Positions 38,477 to 50,689 are shown, counted from the first letter of the stretch. The stretch: 64,000 nt of DNA from Laetmonice hystrix (GCA_965235115.1 OZ249440.1:33048001-33112000), one strand, 5' to 3'. Numbers and translations are program-made. Notes: a model not told the origin generated them from the letters alone.

Positions 38477-38619
38477 TTAAGACTAAAAAGGGTAACGGAC
38501 AAAATGCTTCCCTGAGGCACACCTAATTCTTGGTCATGCAAGTCAGAGAGGGTAGTGCCTACTCTGACTTGAAAGTGTCTGTTCGATAAAAACTGAGATA
38601 TGAAAATGGGCAAACGCCC

Positions 38620-39345
38620 CCTCAAACCCATATCATGTAAATCTTTTTAAATGCCGTACTTCCATGTTGTGACAGCAACAACATGTTCGCGGTTGATAAA
38701 AGCGTCTCGGATGTATGTTTCGAGTCTGATCAGATGATCGAGACTACTTCTCCCTCGCCAGAAGCCACACAGAAAATCAGTGATGAGTTGTTCGGATTCG
38801 AGCTTCCAGACGAGGAGATCATTGATCTTGAAGTTGGAGACAACAATGATGATGTACCAGAGTCGGCAAGTTCAGCTAATGTTTTCACGTGATCCCCAAG
38901 ATCACCAACACCACCGCACCACCAATAACATCAACTCCCAAGCGCATAATGGATGACATTCAGATGCAGGAAGAAGGTACGGGACCAGTATATATACCCG
39001 GCGAAACACACTCAAGCGCCCTGTAAATATGGATCAAGACAGTTCCAGGTCCAAATTAAAAAAGGATGCTTCTCAAATGATGGAGGTACGGATCCAAGAG
39101 ACCAAAGCAGCATCACAGAGCAAGGGTAAGGGAAAGGCAATGGTCCAAATCTGAGCCATTCCTCTCTTGTTGAAATGTTAGAAGGCCGCACTGATATGAT
39201 GCAAAAGGTTACTGGTCGCACACGAAATCAGATGTGGACAGACCTATTGGCCACAAAACTAACAAGAATGTCTGAGGAAGTTCAGGACGAGTTTAAATTC
39301 CATGTAGACGAAATAGCTTTCCAGGCTTTGAAGGGGACCCGGTAG
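38620..39345 (+). pseudogene. Remnant of a MADF/Myb-associated TE accessory protein C-terminus
   Basis: Acidic low-complexity linker, then MWTDLLATKLTRMSEEVQDEFKFHVDEIAFQAL; several stops. Confidence 0.4.
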
Positions 39346-40044
39346 TCTACTTTTTCGTGATGACCAGGTAGTTAATTTTGACACCAAATTGACCACCTTT
39401 TAAGTAGTAGACATGACTACATTCCTGGTTCAGTGATATATTCATCTTAGGACAATATTGATCATTGTAAACGAAAAAAAAGGTAGGGCACCGTTCTAAT
39501 TTTTGATGTAGAGTGGAAAATCGTCAATGCAAAAAACGGGTTTCATTGAGTTCAATGTTAAATTGACCAATCTTACCCCATCCTTTTCACGAAAAAAAGA
39601 ATAAAAACCTATCATTTTTTATGGTTTATTTGAAAGCTTATACTATGACTATACTACACACACAAAATTAGAACTTTAGTATTACTTTAATTTTTTTGAA
39701 GATTACACCAGATTACTGTAGAATTTACAGTAGCTACTCTAAATCATAACGGTATTTTACTGTAATTCCTGGTGCAATTTACTGTAAAATATGCTGTAAG
39801 CTGGGTTTCAATACAGTAATACATACTGTACTTCATAGGAAACTTTACTGTTAAATATATTGTAAAATGTGGTTGACAAACAGTATTTTACTATAATTAT
39901 TAGTTTTACAGGAATCTCGGATGCTGTAAAATCTACAGTAAGGGCCCAGGTTCTGTGAATCACAAACGGTATATTACTGTAATTATTAGAAAAGCAATCC
40001 ATGTAGGTTTTTAACGACAGATTTATTACAACTTTGCTCAAATC

Positions 40045-41182
40045 TCGTCTGTACTTAAAACTCGGTTAAAACTCGGTTCAAAAAACCTTACAACTTTACT
40101 CAAAACCCCGGCACATCTCACCTGTACTTAAAATGCTGTTCGAAAACTCCATCAACTTTACTCAACACCTCGGCACATCTCACCTTAAAATTCTTCCCGA
40201 AAACCACCATAACTTTACTCAACACCTCGACACATATACCTGTATTTAAAAAAGTCTACTCGACCCCCCCCCCCCCCAACTTTACTTAACACCTCGGCAC
40301 ATGCACCTTAAATTCTTCTCGAAAACCACCCCAACTTTATTCAGCACCTTGGCAAATCTCACCTTAAAATTCTTCTCGAAAAGAAAACCAACTTTACTCA
40401 ACACTTCGGCGCATCTCACCTTTACTTAAAACGCTGTTAGAAAAAAAACAACTTTACTCAACACCTCGGCATATCTCTGTACTTAAAACTTTGCTCGAAA
40501 ACCCCCCACAACTTTACTCAACACCTCGGCACATCTCACCTTAAAATACTTCTCGAAAACCACCCCAACTTTACTCAACACCTCGACACATCTCACCTTA
40601 AAATTCTTCTCCAAAACCACCCCAACTTTACTCAACACCTCGACACATCTCACCTGTACTTAAAACTTTGCTCGAAAACCCCCCACAACTTTACTCAACA
40701 CGTCGACACATCTCGACCGGTCATTGGATTTATGCCCATGACGCAACTTCACTCAACACCTGGGCACATCTCACCTGTACTTAACGTTACTTGAAAACTA
40801 CCCCAACTTTACTCAAAACCTCGGCGTACTTCACCTGTACTTAAAACTTTGTTCGAAACCTCCCCACAACTTTACTCAACACCTCGGCACGTCTCACCTT
40901 AAAATTCTTCCCGAAAACCACCACAACTTTACTCAACACCTCGACACATCTCACATGTACTTAAAACGCCCCACAACTTTACTCAACACTTTACTCAACA
41001 CTTCGGGACATCTCACCTGTACTTAACTCTACTCGAAAACCCCTCACAATTTTACTTAACACCTCGGCACATCTCACCTGATAACTATGCTCAACCCCCC
41101 CTAACTTTACTCAACACCTCAGCACATCTTACCTGTACTTAACTCTACTCTACCCCCCACCCTCCCAACTTCACTCAAAACC
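40045..41182. repeat. Minisatellite, ~45-52-bp unit, more than 20 copies
   Basis: Consensus caactttactcaacacctcggcacatctcacc(tgtac)ttaaaa..ctcgaaaacc; two unit variants are interspersed. Confidence 0.95.
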
Positions 41183-41205
41183 TTGTTTTAATAAGTTAGT
41201 TTGAC

Positions 41206-43750
41206 CATTCAAAATCAGCCAGCTTGTTTAGAAATGTAGCCACATGGGGATTCAGACTCTCCTTCTTTCTTTGCACTGTCTTCCCTTTCTTGTTTTGATG
41301 GCTGGCCTTGGTATACTTGCTCCCGGTCGTTGGATTTATGCCCATGAAGCACCTGCAGCAATTTCAATGTGATTTAAAAATGGGAATTATGGCATTTCAA
41401 AAATCACAAAACGTTAAAAAAAAGGCAGTCAAGATTGCAGAAAATCTTCTGTTACGTTCAATCACATTTTTAAATGAATAAACGGCAAACCTTTGTATAA
41501 ATTCTAGACTAACAGCTGCCTTTTTCTTCGTACTCGAGGTTACACACGTAGTACATTACAAACAGTGCTGCCAATCCCTTTACAAATGAACCTGAAGAGA
41601 TGTAGACCTCCCCCTCAATTGACAACATCCACTTCTCTGCCGAAAAAAATGGATTCACCTGAAACAGTTGTGATTGCGAGAGATGGAGTGTTGCCATCTT
41701 TCGTATTCAGAATTCACCTGCGTACATGCAGCCAAGTCTGTGAAATGCGATCAAATATTATTGCTCACTTCAAAATGGTAAATTCCTTTGTCACATATTA
41801 AAGTTTATATATAATACCTAGAACTATCAATCGTGGAGCAGCAGGTACTTGAAGCTGTTCAATCACTCACCTCTTCGGCAGTTGCAGTAGTCTGAAACAA
41901 GGAGAAGAAGCTTATAAACTTTGGCGCAATCTGAACAGGAAGACAAGTGAGTAGCAGGAGGAGGAGGGATCGACAGCACACAAAACAAGACAAGGAGAAA
42001 GACTACTTACGTCGGTGTGAAGCAGGAAAAGACCATCACCGCTTTCCCGGAACTGTGCCATCAGCAAGCTGGCAACCGCTGACGCCCGTATCTGTTCTTG
42101 ATCGACTTCTCTGCCATCCACGAGCAGGTGCACCTCATAAAGGATTGAAGTGACTGAAGTCGGTGCCGTTTCGCCAAGAGACTCCATGTAGCGTATTATG
42201 CATCCTCCTTTGCTTTTGATTGCTTGAACCATTTTGTCGAGGGCATCAATATTTGTCAAATTCGTGAAGTGAAGGAACAGCCAACGAGGAAGAAACAGAA
42301 ATGGCCATCTGATTTTTACCTCTCGAATTGCCTGTTTGGAATTGATGTCTTTTCTTTGTAAATAATAAGTGACCGTCATGAGGTCATGAAGTTGACCACT
42401 GGATTGTGAGGCTTCTGGGCCCTGTCTGGAATACAATTCCTGCAACTCATTCCCTTTTGCTTCAAGACTGTTTTCGTCCTGACCCTCTGGTATATCTGTC
42501 TGCCATCTGACACACCCATATGATCCAGACAGGTTATGGGTGAAGGTAGCGGATGGACGGTTCTGACGGGGTTTCCTTAATCTAGCAAGGGTGTTCCCTC
42601 TGTTGACGTGTTCAACCCTCGTTTTCACCTGTCTCGCTAAAGAGTGATATCCACACCCAAGGGTCTCCCCCTCGTCTGTTCGGTCTTTAAAAGAGTTAGG
42701 ATATTGAGGAACAATCTTTTTGACGACACACCTGACCTGTTCCAAGGTTGGATTTGTTTGATTGCAAAGAATGTCCTTCGCAATTTCTCGCACGAATGCT
42801 CTTCTAGCAGAATCATTTGGACGCTTTCCTTCTCTAACTGCTCTCTTTATGGTGGCTGGTACGTCAGTATCTTCCAAGTTTATGAGCATTACGTCTGCCC
42901 AGTTTGGATATCTCCTAACACTACTAGGGCGAGAACATGATGGGACAATAGTTACGGATTCTGATGGGTTGCTTGTGGCTTGTAAATCTTCACTTGGTGT
43001 GTCAACTGAAACAATGAAGATGATTTAGCCTTTACATAATCAAGTGCGAAACAACGCCAAAAAGCATAAGTTTATTCACTAATTCATAGTCAACTGCATA
43101 TATATAGCCTATACGTTGTAACCGACATGATTTGAAATGAAGTGATAAAAACTTTAACATAAGGGGTGCTTACGTTTCTCCTTCCAGGCATGAAGAAGTT
43201 TCCTGCATTGTATAGTAGACCCAGTCAAATTCCGTGATCCTTGCCAGGAAATTCCGTTTTGAATTTTTAAAATTCCGTTTTTTTTCCGTTTTAGTATTTT
43301 CTCAGTATAGAGGGTGTCCCAAAAAATTCACAACCATATCTGCACACCTGTCACATTTGCGAGTCCAGTCTGTTTGCTCTAAGAACAGCTCAAGCATATT
43401 CATGACCCTCCCACACCAATGCTCTAGCGGGTCCAGTTAGGCCAACCCAGGTCCCAGCTACACTGTATACGGTCGACTGGGGAATTACCAGTAGTAAAAA
43501 GAACGTTTTCCGTCATTTTCCGTTTTACACTGGAAATTCCGTTTCAGATAGGAAATTCCGTTTCAAATAGTAAATTCCGCGATTCCGTCCGCGATTCCGT
43601 GATCGCGGAAATTGACTGGCTCTAGTATAGGCGTCAGCACACTGATTAAATCGCCTTCTTCAACAAATTTCACGTCTTCAGGAGACTCGACTCCAGCATC
43701 TGCCAACTGCTTGCTCACAGCGTCCAGAACCTCTTCAGAGATTGTTTGCA
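41206..43750 (-). pseudogene. Multi-exon EnSpm accessory gene (SAMD3-like family), disrupted by a MITE
   Basis: GVESPEDVKFVEEGDL..LTPI|QCRKLLHAWK; YGCVRWQ, TYYLQRKDIN, WPFLF; YYVCNLEY; GT-AG boundaries (for example gtaagt near 42010). Confidence 0.75.
43216..43624. mobile_element. hAT-type MITE (TAG..CTA) with a 6-bp TSD, copy 1
   Basis: TIR tagacccagtcaa/ttgactggctcta; TSD gtatag; aattccgt subterminal arrays. Confidence 0.9.
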
Positions 43751-43769
43751 ATATTATGCATCCTATACT

Positions 43770-44277
43770 CTGGCAACGGGTAATAGTCAACAAGGTTTTT
43801 GACCTCAATGCAGGTAAAGCCCCTTGCAGGGCTTTGTAAAAGGCCGTGACCAAAGACAGAGTTGACCAAAGACAGTGACTGAGACATTCATGTGACAAAG
43901 AATACTTCTGAACTATTCTTTACTAAAATCATTTCAATTCTGCCAAATATGAGGCCATCGTGATTCGTATCAATAATCACGACCATTCCCTTCTTGTACC
44001 TTGTGTCCTTGTATTGAACTGCATATGACACACGGGTGTTCTCTGGACGAAAGCCGAACCATTTGGTAGCTTCAATAACGTCATTATTATACGTGACACC
44101 ATGAAACTCAATTCCACCATAAACCTGCAGAAATGGAGGGGAAAGGTTGCCTGCACTAAGGTAGGCCTGCAGTAGCTGGTGTCTCACGGAAAGGGTTCTG
44201 CCTAGATTTTTAAAGTTGTGAAGTTTTCGCATACATTGTTTAAAGTAAGTATGTTTACTTTCGAACCGTGTTTTTAA
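43770..44277 (-). pseudogene. EnSpm/CACTA transposase C-terminal fragment
   Basis: RFESKHTYFK..NFKNLGRTLSVRHQLLQAY..YKKGMVV..FGRIEMI. Confidence 0.8.
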
Positions 44278-44389
44278 AATAGGCAAAAAGGTGTTACATA
44301 ATTTATGGACAGCCCCTTATGGCTTATATAAGCAGGTCAGATCTTCCTGTCGGTATTGACACAGTATTCTAGAACTCGGGAGAGAATTT

Positions 44390-44489
44390 ACCCCTGGTGA
44401 AGACGTCCCCGGATGACCGTTCTCCTCCTTTCAACTCCCTCCACCAAAACATTCGTCTCCTCCTTGCTCCAGTTAGGATTTCTGCTCAT
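44390..44489 (-). pseudogene. Start of a Myb/SANT (NAIF1-like) Harbinger accessory gene
   Basis: MSRNPNWSKEETNVLVEGVERRRTVIRG. Confidence 0.65.
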
Positions 44490-45138
44490 CTGTCCATTTA
44501 AAAAAGTGGCAATGATTGAAAAGAAGTCAACACAACAGAGTATAATGAATAATGCATTTGAAACAAATCATGTGGTGACCTAAAAGTATTTTTGCTTCAT
44601 TTTGTATTGTGGAGGTGTCTTTGCCGCCGACGATTGCGACGCCCTCCAACGTTAGAATGCGGCATCTATGCTCGACCCTAGTCGACTGTCAGTGAGATGC
44701 TTGGTCGGAATCAGCCATCCTACTTGTTATTTAGTGCTTTTTAGAGATTTTTGCCCATGCAATTCTTAAAAGAGGCCATATATGGAGCCAAAAACATCAG
44801 TATATACACGCCAGATAAATGGAGTGACACATTTTTGAGTCATTACGACAGGGTCTGAGATGTCTTTATTTTGGCCTTGGTTTACGACACTGTCGTACAA
44901 AATTTAACGCACGACAGGGGGTGAGAAACGCAATTTGTCTATACTTGACAGTCTACGACAAACTTAATGCACGACAAGGGATGAGAAACGCACCCCAGAA
45001 GTGGCGCCCAGCAGGAATTTTCATTTCCATCATTTATAAAACTGATCTCCAAATGCTGTTAGCTCTCTAGGCTATAAGTTATAAACTGCAGTCAGCAGAG
45101 ATGATGTTTTGTCTAAAACATCATCTATTAAAACTTAC

Positions 45139-46028
45139 CTCCAAGGGCATGAAACTGCCGCTTGACCGTCGGCAGCTCCCCAACCCGCGGCATGGCGAAC
45201 ACTTCGGCTGCTGCTCGCGCAAGGACCTGTGCGACCTTGTGAACACATCTCGACACGGAGCTCACATCCACATTCACAAAATCCCCAATTACAATCTGGT
45301 ACGCACCTGAAATGGAATAAGAAAACTACATTAACAAATACAACATGATTCAGGAGATAGAAGTTTCATCCTCCACGCAAGTGCAGTGGCCAGGGAAGGC
45401 CAAGATGACAGGTCAGAGTCAGATTAGGCCGGCCGGCCACGAGTGGCGACTAGGTTACAGGCCAGACTGGCGCCGTAGAGATCTCTGGGCATCCTAACGC
45501 AGATTTCTACTTCAAATTCAAACTAGATCTAGGTATATCCGTTTTAACATTAAGTAAATCTATCCAGAGATACTGATATTCTTAGTTAAGCGCTGCCGTC
45601 GTAGGCCTTATCTTGTGGCGTTCGTCCTATCGCGGGTTTTCTGCTTGTCTGCCCTTTGACCTAGATCAAAGTTGCTTCCGTTTCAATTATATTCATGTCT
45701 AGACGTAAACAAAGACGACAGCGACACACATTCAGTCATCTCATGATATAAGAAATGGTTCTCACTTACCAGTTGCCAGGAATCGCAAAAAAATGCAAAG
45801 CTGTACTATAGGTGAGAAGGGCAGACCGCGATTATTCTCTGCTGCTAGTGTTGGTACAATGAAGATAGTCGCGATGTCGTGGATGATTTGTCTGCCAAAC
45901 CTCAGCCGTTTTTGACATTCATTTTCGGTCAGTGACTCGAGTGGATTAAAAGGATCAGACACCCTACGTCGGTTTATTCTTTGGAATTGCAACCTACGGC
46001 GGCGACGCCTGGCCAACGCATCTGCCAT
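45139..46028 (-). pseudogene. Harbinger (HARBI1-like) transposase exons 1-2; catalytic exons missing; TIR end at 46164
   Basis: Exon 1 ..RLRF..SPIVQLCIFLRFLATG|gtaagt; exon 2 AYQIVIGDFVNVDVSSVSRCVHKV..FHALG|gtaag; terminus ggccgattgcaagg with gttaac arrays. Confidence 0.85.
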
Positions 46029-46275
46029 GTTTAACGGGGTTAACGGGGTTAACCCTCCAGAATGGGTTAAACCGGACAATTGTGACATTCTTGCAATCGG
46101 CTTAACTGACTTGACCCGGAGACGAGGGTTAACCAGGAGACTAAAGACGTCCTTGCAATCGGCCAATTATGTTTGAATCAAAAGTTTAGCTCCAAAGTAC
46201 CGTTAACACGTTAATTAAACTCTTAACATGTGGCTTATATAATTTTCAGTCATTAATACAAACCTTCAAATTTGG

Positions 46276-46529
46276 GCCGAGTGGTCAAAGGTGCTGGCTC
46301 ATGACACCTAGGACCATCGCATCACACCGCTGCGGTCCGGGTTCGATCCCCGGTCAGGGCTGCATGTGTGAAAGGTTTGTCAGTCAGTTCCTTCCCCAAG
46401 GTCGGTGGTTTCCTCCGGGGACTCCGGTTTCCTCCACCAAGAAAAACTGACTTTCATCATCATCTTCACCGCCGTGATATGACCCTGGCTGTTGCAAGGC
46501 GTAAAACCCCAAATACCCACCCACCCACG
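46276..46529 (+). mobile_element. tRNA-derived SINE with a V-like core and an I-group LINE-like tail
   Basis: A-box remnant ggccgagtgg, B-box gggttcgatccc, core ggtttcctccggg.actccggtttcctcc, (ccca)n tail; 11-bp TSD ttcaaatttgg. Confidence 0.9.
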
Positions 46530-47039
46530 TTCAAATTTGGCGGGACTAGAAAGGAGCATGAATATTAAGTAGGCATAACCAATGACACGAGCAGACGATG
46601 TTCCTAACAACCAGATACTCTCGAACCATGCGTCAACAATGCTCACTGTAGGTTCTCTTTAGTCGTAAATGATTAAAAAGTTGTACATAATACTTCAGTT
46701 TACAATTGTTAGCTTCAGTTTACAATAAAGCAGACTCATATAACAGCGAAATGTAGTTAATAACTGAAGAACGCTAGGCTATCCAAGACCAAAACTGGAG
46801 CGCTTCCGTCGCAGTCGGGAAGACAAAATGGCGGTTGTAGTCTGCTAAACTGAACTCTGACAGTTTCTGCAGGCACGAAATACGTTCTTATATAAAAGAT
46901 AGGGCCTGACAGTTCACATCATGTTATGCCAAGGGAAGATCCAGACGTAAGTTAACAACGTAGATATTTGAAATATCTGTGAGAGACACTCTAAGGCTAA
47001 AATGGACGATATTATTCGGGCCGAGGCCCACTGTCAATG

Positions 47040-48460
47040 TTTTTTTTTTTTTTTTTCTCATTCATTTATTTATACTGAGAGATTTTCGGTACATGTGGGA
47101 TACCGGTTTTCAAAACCGCCCAGTCCAAGAAAGGTTACAATTTATCAACTTTACACATTATATTTTTATACAAGATGACGCTAAGAAGTAATATATGGGT
47201 ACCTACTTGTGGGTTAATGAGAGAAAATGAGATGGTAATGAGATGGTATCTTAACTACGAGTAGGTGATTCTGCATGTGGCGATTATCTATTTTACGGGA
47301 AAATAAAGGGCTTATGCCAGTTTACTCTTTAAGACCGACTTTTGTCTAAACTTAAAGCGTTCTATAGTTGTCATCTGTTTATCAACGGGATCTAGGTTAT
47401 TCCAAATGTTCCCTCCTCTGTAACAAACACTTTTAGTGAATGAAGCGTTCTTAGGGCGTTGTACTACCAGAGTTACATAGTCATGTAACCTGGTATGGAT
47501 TTCTCTATTGTCAACATAGTCTGGGTCATTGCTTCGATGGAACATTACATTTAATAGATGAGAGTCTCTCCTGTCTGTTAGGAAATTTAGTTTGGCCTTT
47601 CGGTGGATGTCCAGGGTACCAGTTGTTTGAGGTAGTCTAAAACACAATTTGAGTCCTCTGTTCTGAATACGTTGCAATTTGTCCAGTAGTTTAACGTTCG
47701 TACAACTATATAAGACATCACCATATTCTATATACGGAAGGACCATGGATTTGTAAACTTGGAGACAGGCAGAGTCAGTGAGGTAAGGACGTAATTTGTT
47801 CAAAAGATAGAGTTTTTGGCTAGCTGTTTTTATAACATTTTTGGTATGCTTTACAAAAGATAGTGTTTTATCCAACGTTACACCTAGGTACTTGTACTCC
47901 TGTACTACATCTAGCTTTGAATCGCCAATTTTCAGTTCAGGGTCTTGAGTCCTCTTAAGCTTCTGATGTGTGCCAAAAATCATGACCTTTGTTTTCTTTG
48001 CATTGATTGTGAGACGGTTCTCATCACACCATTTGGAAATAGAATTAAGGTCATGTTGCAATTTATATTTTATAGTATTAATGTCAGGTCCTGACTGATG
48101 AACAGCAGTGTCGTCAGCGTACAACTTGTGTTTAGATGATTTAATGGCTGATGACAGATCGTTTATGTAGCACAGGAAAAGTAGGGGTCCCAGTATGGAA
48201 CCTTGGGGTACTCCACATGTGATAGGTAGTGAGTTTGATGTTATATCATTGGCTACTGTAAATTGTGTCCTGCCATGTAGGTAATTCTTGAACCATTGAA
48301 CTGCATTGTCCTTTAAACCCAGATGTTTCATTTTCATAAGCAGGATATCGTGGTCTAGTGTGTCAAATGCTTTTTTAAAATCTATAAATACTGCCAGTGT
48401 TAGTTCGGAATTATTCATTGCGGAGTAAATATCATCAGTAAGTTTTGCTATTGTTGAGGT
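47040..48460 (-). mobile_element. 5'-truncated CR1-group LINE (open RT frame 48460-47312, 3' UTR, poly(A))
   Basis: FIDFKKAFDTLDH, GVPQGSILGPLLF, LYADDT, YKYLG; aataaa and an A-tail on the minus strand at 47040-47071. Confidence 0.9.
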
Positions 48461-48461
48461 G

Positions 48462-48521
48462 GTGTCTGGTGTAAGCTCCGACTGGCAGCGCCGGGCGCGG
48501 TTGTCACACTACCCCCTGTCT
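48462..48521 (-). mobile_element. PPT and start of a 3' LTR (Gypsy-like)
   Basis: Minus strand agacagggggtag directly followed by TGTGACA (from 48508). Confidence 0.55.
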
Positions 48522-48771
48522 AGGGTTTCTATGTCCTCGTAAACCCTACTCCATCACTTCGAGTTATATCCATATGTAGGTCACTAAACTAGTAAAACAC
48601 ACTGTACAGGGTTACTGTTACTGATCGCTGTAATAATGAAAAATTTTGGCATCTTGAAAAGTTCATGGGTCTGACACAGCACTAAACTATTTACAAGTCA
48701 TTTGGTGATGCCCACACATCACCACTGGTAGACAATCTTGACTTGACATTTTGGAAATTAACACGAGTTGA

Positions 48772-50446
48772 TTATTTCCGGCGAACTATCCGGTCGACAC
48801 TACGCCGCACCGCATCCCTATAGCGTTGGTGGCTGTCGACCCCCCTTCTCAATGGCTTTGGCATAGTAAATTTGGTCTGCCGTGGTGACTTGGCACGATG
48901 GGATCTGTGGTCTCGGCCCTCCTCCCGGTCACGAAGGTGGCGCTTGCTTGGTGAAGCTTGGGGCACCGTTGGTCAGGCCCGCTCAGTCGTGGCTGTCTGA
49001 GCTGACCCTCTTGTTAGCTCTGTCAATGGGGCTCGAAAAGTGGGGGTACTCTGGTCTACGCTGTATGTGGGTCTCGATCTTGTCCTGCTGGAGTTGTGCC
49101 CAGTCCACATCATATTCTCCTGCCATCTTTAGTGTGTCCAGCTCAAATGCTTTTTTAGCTGAGTGAGGGTGCTTACCTGTTCATTTGCTGGGTTGAGACC
49201 TTTTAGTTTCTGTGCCACATCGATGAGGAGGTGGTTTGTTGACACCAGCCGGTGTGTCATCGACATGACAGATGTTGCTACGGCTCTGCCAACGTCTGGA
49301 GCAGCTGGCAGTTAACACTGTTTACTGCAGAGGTGACTGTCCTTAACCCTTTCAGGGCGGACGATGCCTTGAGGCATTACCGTGCCAGGGCGGACGATGC
49401 CTTGAGGCATTACCGCCCCAGGGCGGACGATGCCTTGAGGCACTTTTTTGTCTACTCCGACCACTCCACGTAAATCCGGCCCATTGATAGCAAAGACTGT
49501 CAATCACCCAACTAGAATTGTCGAGTAGCTGTACTAACGCCTCCCCCTTACATATTACGTTGATTGCTATTGTCTTTTAGATATTATGTGTCCTAAAATC
49601 ACGTTTTTCAAGACGAAAATCCAAACTGGCTCGCCCACGTGGGGTGGTGCGCAAAACTGGGTCAGCCTCTGTGACGACTGTGACGTAACAAACGTCGCCG
49701 GCATAGGGTTAAAGGTCTTCTCCTGGGGCTGGCCAAGTGATGTTTCATCGTAGTCTGGTTGGACGGTCTCCTCCGGTGCATCCAAGTCAGTTGGGTTTGT
49801 CTGTATAACTTTTGCTGGTGGGGATGGAGGCTGAGGGCGGGTGGACTTTGAGGAAACGCTCAAACCGGATTGGCTACCCGAACAAGAATTGCTGCTAGAT
49901 GGGGAAGTGCTCCTGTCTCTGGCATCCTTCCTGGCCGACTCCCCTTCTGCGTCATCCCGTTTCCTCTTCGGCTCTGCCCCAGAGGCTGGCAGGGGTACAT
50001 CCTTGACCACTTCTAACGAGGGTGGCGGTCCTGCTGACTTTTTCAGGGCTTCGATGGCTTGCCTCTCCCTCTCGATTTCATCGTTGATGGCCTCCAAGGC
50101 TCTTGTAGCTGCCACTACCTCTTCAGTGGTCTCACTCGTCTTTGGCAGTGTAGCGATGGTGGGTGTGGCTGGGGGTGCCTCTTGCAATGATGGTGCTGGG
50201 GTTGTCTCCCTCTTCTGCCAGATCAACTTACTCTCGCTGGCAGATTCACAATCTGTAAGCCAACCGCTCATGTCGACCCCTGGGTGGTAGATAATTTCCC
50301 CTTGGGTTGCTCGCCTCTGGTGACGCTTCTGGCGCTGGTGGGCCGCCATCTGTTTCTCTGGTGCCGCCCTGTACTGGCAGGCCTGGCAGTGGAAGGGGGC
50401 TTCGCTCGAGTGGACCTTCGCAAAATGGTCCTGTCTGTAGCACTTG
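48772..50446 (-). pseudogene. Zinc-finger / coiled-coil / Ser- and Arg-rich accessory ORF, decayed
   Basis: HFAKVH..PFHCQACQYRA....MAAHQRQKRH; LEAINDEIERERQAIEALKK; split by a piggyBac-type MITE and frameshifts. Confidence 0.55.
49347..49708. mobile_element. piggyBac-type MITE
   Basis: TTAA|ccct...aggg|TTAA; three 32-bp subterminal repeats cagggcggacgatgccttgaggca. Confidence 0.85.
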
Positions 50447-50662
50447 CTGGGGAATCCGGCCTGGCTTGGAACGGTGAGGGTCACAATAAGCTAGGCAATC
50501 CGGCATGGCTTGGAACGGTGAGGGTAACAATAAGCTGGGCAATCCGGCCTGGCTTGGAACGGTGAGGGTGACAGTAGTAAGCTGGGTAATCCGGCCTGGC
50601 TTGGAACGGTGAGGGTAACAATAAACTGGGCAATCCGGCATGGCTTGAAACGGTGAAGGGCA
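50446..50662. repeat. 44-bp tandem repeat, five copies
   Basis: gctgggcaatccggcctggcttggaacggtgagggtaacaataa. Confidence 0.95.
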
Positions 50663-50689
50663 AAGCTCACCAACTGGATGTGTCCAATG

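Larger units (their letters stand above)
39700..44277 (-). mobile_element. EnSpm/CACTA-type element, 3' remnant
   Basis: Transposase end, accessory gene and tactgtaaa/tttacag subterminal repeats at 39710-39985. Confidence 0.7.

Noticed and set aside
40045..41182. CRISPR-like array
   Set aside because: The units are degenerate, the inter-repeat segments are homologous to each other rather than unique spacers, there are no cas genes and the context is eukaryotic.
45139..46028. Host HARBI1 gene
   Set aside because: It lies next to a TIR, lacks the catalytic exons and is paired with a Myb remnant; this is transposon debris.
46276..46360. tRNA gene
   Set aside because: A and B boxes are present, but the 5' end is clipped and the sequence runs into a SINE core and tail bounded by a TSD. 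The head at 50773 is likewise an insert within another element.
49171..49176. Splice donor (gtaagc) in the zinc-finger accessory ORF
   Set aside because: Coding-like sequence continues straight past it in another frame, so a frameshift explains it without an intron.
50446..50662. CRISPR-like array, or real proteins from the overlapping ORF calls
   Set aside because: Head-to-tail 44-bp repeats without spacers; the repetitive peptides are translation artefacts.
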